A model generated the notes under the pieces. That model had not been told where the DNA came from. It was given only the letters and a program-made list of their open reading frames with translations, and ran no database searches. From an uncultured Actinomycetes bacterium (lineage in GTDB: Bacteria; Actinomycetota; Thermoleophilia; UBA2241), in NCBI GenBank assembly GCA_963725665.1, contig CAVRZA010000004.1, forward strand, positions 160,001-224,000: 64,000 nt of DNA. The letters run 5' to 3'. Position numbers and translations under genes: made by a program. Positions within the stretch are counted from its first letter, which is position 1. Each line of letters starts with the position of its first letter. Of this stretch, positions 59,193 to 64,000 are shown in pieces.

Positions 59193-60170
59193 ATGACGGT
59201 TGTGGGACCTTCTGGCCAGCTTGAAGGAGGTGCGGCGGCGCCCGGGGCGGGCTTGCCCGCCCCGGGCGCCGCGCGCCCGGAGGCGATAAAGGCGATCCCG
59301 GTCCGTCACTGGGGCCGCTGGATCGGCGCCGCTATCGTCATCTACCTGGTTGTGGCTCTCGCGTACTCGTTCGTCAAGAACAGCAACGTGGAGTGGCCGG
59401 TGGTATGGGAGTACCTGTTCAAGCCGCTGACGCTGCGCGGCCTGTTGCTCACGATCGAGCTGACGTTCGTCTCGATGGTGATCGGCGCGGCCGGCGGAGT
59501 CCTTCTGGCTGTGATGCGGCTCTCCGACAACTACGTGCTCTCGGGTATCGCCTGGGTCTACATCTGGTTCTTCCGTGGCACCCCGGTCTACGTGCAGATC
59601 ATCATCTGGGCCAACCTGGGTGTGTTTTATCCGAATGTCATCGCGGGGCTGCCGTTCACCGGTGTCGTGTTCGGCTCCACCGACAGCGGCACACTCGTGG
59701 CGCGCATCATCGTGCCCGCCATCCTCGCCCTCGGTCTGAACGAGGCGGCCTACGCCGCCGAGCTGGTGCGGGCCGGCATCATCTCCGTCGAGGCGGGTCA
59801 GACCGAAGCGGCGCTGTCGCTGGGCATGTCGCCCACGCTCACCATGCGCCGGGTCGTGTTGCCGCAGGCGATGCGTGTGATCATCCCCACGTTCGGCAAC
59901 GAGACGATCAGCATGCTCAAGACAACGTCGCTGATCGCCGCCATCGGCGGCCTCGAGATGTTCGGCCGCCTGCAGTCGGTCTACTCACAGACCTACCAGA
60001 TCATCCCGCTGCTCGTCGTGGCCTGCATCTGGTATCTCTTCCTCACGTCGGTCCTGACCATCGGCCAGGGCTACCTCGAGGCGTATTTTGGGAAGGGCTT
60101 CGGGGAGAAAGAGGCCGAGGCCGCGGAGAAGCGGGCCGTGAAGCGAGCAGCGAGGGCGCCGCATGTCTGA
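59193..60170 (+). CDS. Polar amino acid ABC transporter permease
   Basis: [34 protein letters not shown]. Confidence 0.93.
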   Translation: MTVVGPSGQLEGGAAAPGAGLPAPGAARPEAIKAIPVRHWGRWIGAAIVIYLVVALAYSFVKNSNVEWPVVWEYLFKPLTLRGLLLTIELTFVSMVIGAAGGVLLAVMRLSDNYVLSGIAWVYIWFFRGTPVYVQIIIWANLGVFYPNVIAGLPFTGVVFGSTDSGTLVARIIVPAILALGLNEAAYAAELVRAGIISVEAGQTEAALSLGMSPTLTMRRVVLPQAMRVIIPTFGNETISMLKTTSLIAAIGGLEMFGRLQSVYSQTYQIIPLLVVACIWYLFLTSVLTIGQGYLEAYFGKGFGEKEAEAAEKRAVKRAARAPHV

Positions 60171-60981
60171 CGAGAGCGGACATATTGTCTCGCCGACCGT
60201 CTCGGGGGTGTCGGCCGGCCAGCCCATGGTCAAGGCCGAGCAGGTCTGGAAGAGCTTCGGCAAGCTCGACGTGCTCAAAGGCATCGATCTCGAGGTCATG
60301 CCCCAGGAGACCTACGTCCTCCTCGGTCCGTCGGGCGGCGGCAAGTCGACGCTCCTGCGCTGCATCAACCATCTCGAGAAGATCAACGCCGGGCGGCTGT
60401 GGGTCGGCGGCGAGCTCATGGGCTATCGCCAGAGGGGCGATGTCCTGCATGAGATGCGGGCGAAGGACGTCGCGCGTCAGCGCTCTGAGGTGGGCATGGT
60501 CTTCCAGCGCTTCAACCTCTTCCCGCACATGACCGCCATCGAGAACGTGATGGAGTCGCCGATCAAGGTGCAGCACGTGCCTCGCCAGCGAGCCGAGAAC
60601 GAGGCCGAGGAGCTGCTGACCAGGGTGGGCCTGAAGGAGAAACTCGACGTGTACCCGGCTCAGCTCTCGGGTGGCCAGCAGCAGCGCGTCGCCATCGCCC
60701 GGGCCCTGGCCATGAAGCCCAAGCTGATGCTCTTCGACGAGCCCACCTCGGCGCTCGACCCCGAACTGGTGGGCGAGGTGCTCGACGTGATGAAGCAGCT
60801 TGCCCGCGACGGCATGACCATGGTCGTCGTGACACACGAGATGGGCTTCGCCAAGGAGGTCGCCGACGGCGTGGCGCTGATAGACGGCGGCGTCATTGTC
60901 GAGAATGGTCCGCCGCTCGAGGTTCTCGTCAACCCGAAGGAAGAGCGCACGAAGCTCTTTCTGTCGAAGGTGCTCTCCTAG
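60163..60981 (+). CDS. Polar amino acid ABC transporter ATP-binding protein
   Basis: [22 protein letters not shown]. Confidence 0.95.
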   Translation: MSDESGHIVSPTVSGVSAGQPMVKAEQVWKSFGKLDVLKGIDLEVMPQETYVLLGPSGGGKSTLLRCINHLEKINAGRLWVGGELMGYRQRGDVLHEMRAKDVARQRSEVGMVFQRFNLFPHMTAIENVMESPIKVQHVPRQRAENEAEELLTRVGLKEKLDVYPAQLSGGQQQRVAIARALAMKPKLMLFDEPTSALDPELVGEVLDVMKQLARDGMTMVVVTHEMGFAKEVADGVALIDGGVIVENGPPLEVLVNPKEERTKLFLSKVLS

Positions 60982-61143
60982 GGGCATCGTCAATGACCCG
61001 GGCAGAGAGAGGCTCTGCTCGCGGCATCGTCCAGTCGGCCGCGACGTCGCGAACCAGCAGTCGCGCACCGCGTCCCCGCGGCCGAGTGTCGCGCCAGGGT
61101 CCATAGAATCGCCGCAACCAAGCCACGGGAGGAAGGTCCGCTC

Positions 61144-61803
61144 ATGTCGACCACCGAGAAGCTCATCCTGGCCGTGCAGGACGGTGACGGCGAACAAGCC
61201 GCCGCCCTTGCCCGTCAGGCCCTCGACGAGGGCGCCGAAGCGGCAGCCCTCGTCGACGCGCTGACGGGCTGCATACGCGAGATCGGCGATCGCTTCGGCA
61301 CCGGCGAGATCTTCCTGCCCGAGCTGATGCTGGCTGGGCGCGCGATGCAGGGCGCGATGAGCGTCCTCGAGCCGGAACTTGTGAGGTCGTCGGCCGCCCT
61401 GCGGAAGCGCGGCACCATCGTGATCGGCACCGTGAAGGGCGACGTGCACGAGATCGGCAAGGATATCGCCACCACCATGCTCAAGGCGGCGGGGTTCGAT
61501 GTGCACGACCTCGGTCGGGACGTGAGCTCGTTCGACTTCGTGCGCCGGGCCGAGGAGGTGCACGCCGACATCATCGGCGCCTCCGCCCTGATGACCACGA
61601 CGATGCCGGCGCAGAAGGAGATCATCGACGTCCTCGAGGCGAAGGGCCTGCGCGCGAAGTACCACGTGATCATCGGCGGCGCCCCGGTCACCAGCGAGTG
61701 GGTCGCCGAGGCGGGCGCCGACAGCTGGGGCGAGGACGCCGGTAAGGCCGTGAAGATCCTCGAGCAGGTGATGGCCGAGAAGGCCGGGAAGCTGGAGGGC
61801 TGA
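61144..61803 (+). CDS. Methyltransferase cognate corrinoid protein (second)
   Basis: IFLPELM, GTVKGDVHEIGK, SALMTTT, IGGAP. Confidence 0.93.
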   Translation: MSTTEKLILAVQDGDGEQAAALARQALDEGAEAAALVDALTGCIREIGDRFGTGEIFLPELMLAGRAMQGAMSVLEPELVRSSAALRKRGTIVIGTVKGDVHEIGKDIATTMLKAAGFDVHDLGRDVSSFDFVRRAEEVHADIIGASALMTTTMPAQKEIIDVLEAKGLRAKYHVIIGGAPVTSEWVAEAGADSWGEDAGKAVKILEQVMAEKAGKLEG

Positions 61804-61807
61804 CGAC

Positions 61808-63193
61808 ATGCCGCACCTGAAGATGTGGGAGATCATGCAGCGGGCCGCCGAGGGCCCCTTCTGCGAAGACGACACCTTCCTCTACGAGGTCTTCCTGCCG
61901 ACGATGAAGCAGGTCCTGCGCAAGTACGAGATCAGGTTCGACCCGGCCTCACCGGTGCCCGCAGACGACGATCTCGCCGACCGCGTCTGGCGAGGCCGCC
62001 GTCGAGCTGTTCCTCGAGGTCGGCGTGCACAACGTCGACACGCAGCGGCGCATCATGATCAGCGAGGCCGAGCTGAACGAGGCGCTCTACCTCGCGCCCC
62101 GAGCAGCACATCGTCGGGGCGGGCCACGAGACGCGCTGGTGGAGGCCGCGTCGTGTCGAGGACGAGCGCGCGCCGTTCTGCATCTTCAGCCCCGACATCA
62201 CCTACGACGAGGACATCTTCCTGCAGGCCTCGATGGCCTACGTGCAGGAGCCTCTGGCCGACGGTGTGTGCGGTCCTATCCTCGAGGAGAGCATCGGCGC
62301 GCAACATCGTCTCGGGCACGCCCTCGGAGATGGCCGGCGTGATGGAGCACGCCATGTTGCTGCGCAACGCGGCGAAGCTGGTCGGCCGGCCGGGGCTCTT
62401 CTTGGTCGCGGTGGGCACCGCCCAGTCCGACACGGGTCAGGTCGCCGTCAGCAACGACGAGTGGGGTGTGCGCGCGAGCGATGGTCGCCTCATCGGCGTG
62501 CTTACCGAGATGAAGACCGACAACGAGCTTCTGAACAAGGTCGCTCACTGCAAGCAGTACGGCTGCGCCATCGGCTGCCTGACGGGCGCCATCTACGGCG
62601 GCTACGCCGGTGGCGCCGAGGGCACCGCCGTGCTCGAGACCGCCCATCACCTGGTGGGCCTGACCGTCTACCAGCACAACTTCAACAACAGCTTCCCGTT
62701 CCACCTGCAGTACACGTCCAACAGCGGGCGGGAGATGCTGTGGGTGGTCAGCATGGTGCACCAGGCGCTGGCGCGCAACAGCCGCATCCTGTCGACCTCG
62801 CAACGGCTTCTTCAACGCCGGACCGGGGACCGACATGCTCCTCTACGAAGCGGCCGCGCACGCCATCGCCAGCACCGTGTCCGGAGGCGACCTGTGGACG
62901 GCGGCGCCGCGGCACAACAAGTACCGCAACTACGCGACGCCGCTCGAGGCGCGTCTCGCCTGCGAGGCCGCCCACGCTGTGGCGCGGCAGGGGATGACGC
63001 GCGCGCAGGCCAACGAGATCGTCGTACAAGCTCCTCGGCGAGTACGAGGAGACGATCGCCGACGCCCCGGCCGGCAAGCCCTTCCAGGAGTGCTACGACG
63101 TCATGAAGGTGCGGCCGAAAGAGCTGGTACCTCGACATGTACAAAGCCGCCAAGGAGAAGCTACACGGCCTGGGCGTCGAGTTTCCCTATTGA
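61808..63193 (+). CDS. MtmB-family methyltransferase homologue, pyrrolysine-free (multiple frameshifts, probably sequencing errors; pseudogene not excluded)
   Basis: DDDLADRVW, GRPGLFL-V-AVGT at the Pyl position, IYGGYAGGAEG, shifted-frame GPGTDMLLYEAAA and AGKPFQECYDV, ends LGVEFPY-TGA. Confidence 0.8.
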
Positions 63194-63211
63194 GGCTGGC
63201 GCTGCCCGGCG

Positions 63212-64000
63212 TTACGGCCCGTCCACGCGCGGGGAGGCGACCGCCGTCGTCTGGTAGAGACCGGCGGCGACCTCGCGGCTGCCTCCGTGGAGCTGAGAAA
63301 GCGTCAGACGCTGCAGGCTGAGCGAGAGCAGTCCCGCGCCCACGGCCACCACAAGCTGCATCGCCTGGAAGCCGAGGGCGAAGGCGATGGCCGGTCCGCT
63401 CTCGATGCCGTAGACGGCGAGCGCCGCGACCGCAGCGGCCTGGAAGGTCCCCACGTTGCCCGGCGTGGCGGGGATGAGCCCGATGATGTTGGTCAGCACG
63501 AGCACGAGCGCAGCGCCACGCAATCCGGCGCCCTCGAGGTGGAAGGCGTGGAGCGCCGCGAACGCCGCCGCCACCTGCACCAGCCAGGCGAGCGCCTGCA
63601 CGCCGAGCTCCGACAGGGCCGACGAGGGCCTGCCCATGATGCGCTGGCTCTCGGCAAGCTCCGGCAGGTAATGGCCGACCCTCTGCCGCAGCCGCGACGC
63701 GCGGCCCGAAGGGAACCGAGGCAGGCGCAGCTCGAGACGCCGCGGGTACCCCTTGCGTTCGCTCTCGCGACGCTCACGCTGGCGCTCGAGGATCACGAGG
63801 CCGCCCAGGCACGCGCACGAGAACACGGCTCCGAAGACGAGCACCTCGACAGCCCACGACGGTGCGGAGAGAGTCGACACGATCGCCAGTGCGAGCGCCA
63901 CGAAGCTGACGGTGGCGAAGAGCCGCTCGGTGAGGCTCATGCCGAGCGCCGTCGCGAAGTGCACCGTCGCGCGTCGCCGGCGCAGCAGGATCGACAGCAC
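63212..64000 (-). CDS. Lysylphosphatidylglycerol synthase TM-domain (UPF0104 flippase-like) protein, 5' part outside the window
   Basis: TERLF, PATPGNVGTFQ, hydrophobic helices. Confidence 0.8.
   Translation of the reverse strand: MLSILLRRRRATVHFATALGMSLTERLFATVSFVALALAIVSTLSAPSWAVEVLVFGAVFSCACLGGLVILERQRERRESERKGYPRRLELRLPRFPSGRASRLRQRVGHYLPELAESQRIMGRPSSALSELGVQALAWLVQVAAAFAALHAFHLEGAGLRGAALVLVLTNIIGLIPATPGNVGTFQAAAVAALAVYGIESGPAIAFALGFQAMQLVVAVGAGLLSLSLQRLTLSQLHGGSREVAAGLYQTTAVASPRVDGP

Noticed and set aside
61808-63193. Frameshifts in mtmB-2, thiF, the TolB-like gene, the permease (~28735), the methyltransferase (~48620) and the lyase (~57895) as programmed frameshifting or pseudogenisation
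   Set aside because: They are single-base indels scattered over unrelated genes and denser toward the window ends, with no slippery sites or accumulated nonsense codons. This is most consistent with long-read consensus errors. Read polishing would decide.
1-64000. tRNA-Pyl (pylT), pylSBCD, other tRNAs and selenocysteine TGA read-through
   Set aside because: I saw no CUA-anticodon cloverleaf (CTCTAAA loop), no Pyl enzymes, and no in-frame TGA splitting a recognisable protein. The CC-motif protein at 10187 uses Cys codons.

Overview
High-GC bacterial window, probably an anaerobic Actinomycetota/Thermoleophilia-like genome (inferred from GC content, UPF0182 and the S18 sequence). Scattered single-base frameshifts look like long-read assembly errors. 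The left part holds a ThiF + LuxI/FeeM-like acyltransferase pair facing three GGDEF/EAL genes, a MetE-core operon, a Fic-nucleotidyltransferase fusion and a membrane-tethered ECF sigma factor. It also holds a 289-bp direct repeat (18279-18567 / 22882-23170) that carries a promoter, a ~146-nt structured RNA and a U-tail, and I cannot assign it to a known family. The centre and right are dominated by corrinoid-dependent methylamine-methyltransferase genes. (i) An MtbB dimethylamine methyltransferase has an in-frame TAG at the pyrrolysine position (30756-30758). (ii) An 11.5-kb DeoR-led operon combines pyrrolysine-free MttB and MtmB homologues and a corrinoid protein with two kinases, an aminotransferase, a transaldolase-family protein and transketolase, suggesting an undescribed pathway for N-methylated amino-sugar or amino-polyol catabolism. 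(iii) An MIO ammonia-lyase, an amino-acid ABC transporter, a corrinoid protein and a pyrrolysine-free MtmB form a further cluster. (iv) A second pyrrolysine-free MttB is divergent from a class III aminotransferase. I did not see pyl genes, tRNAs, CRISPR arrays or transposases. All family assignments come from recognising motifs by eye, not from database searches.
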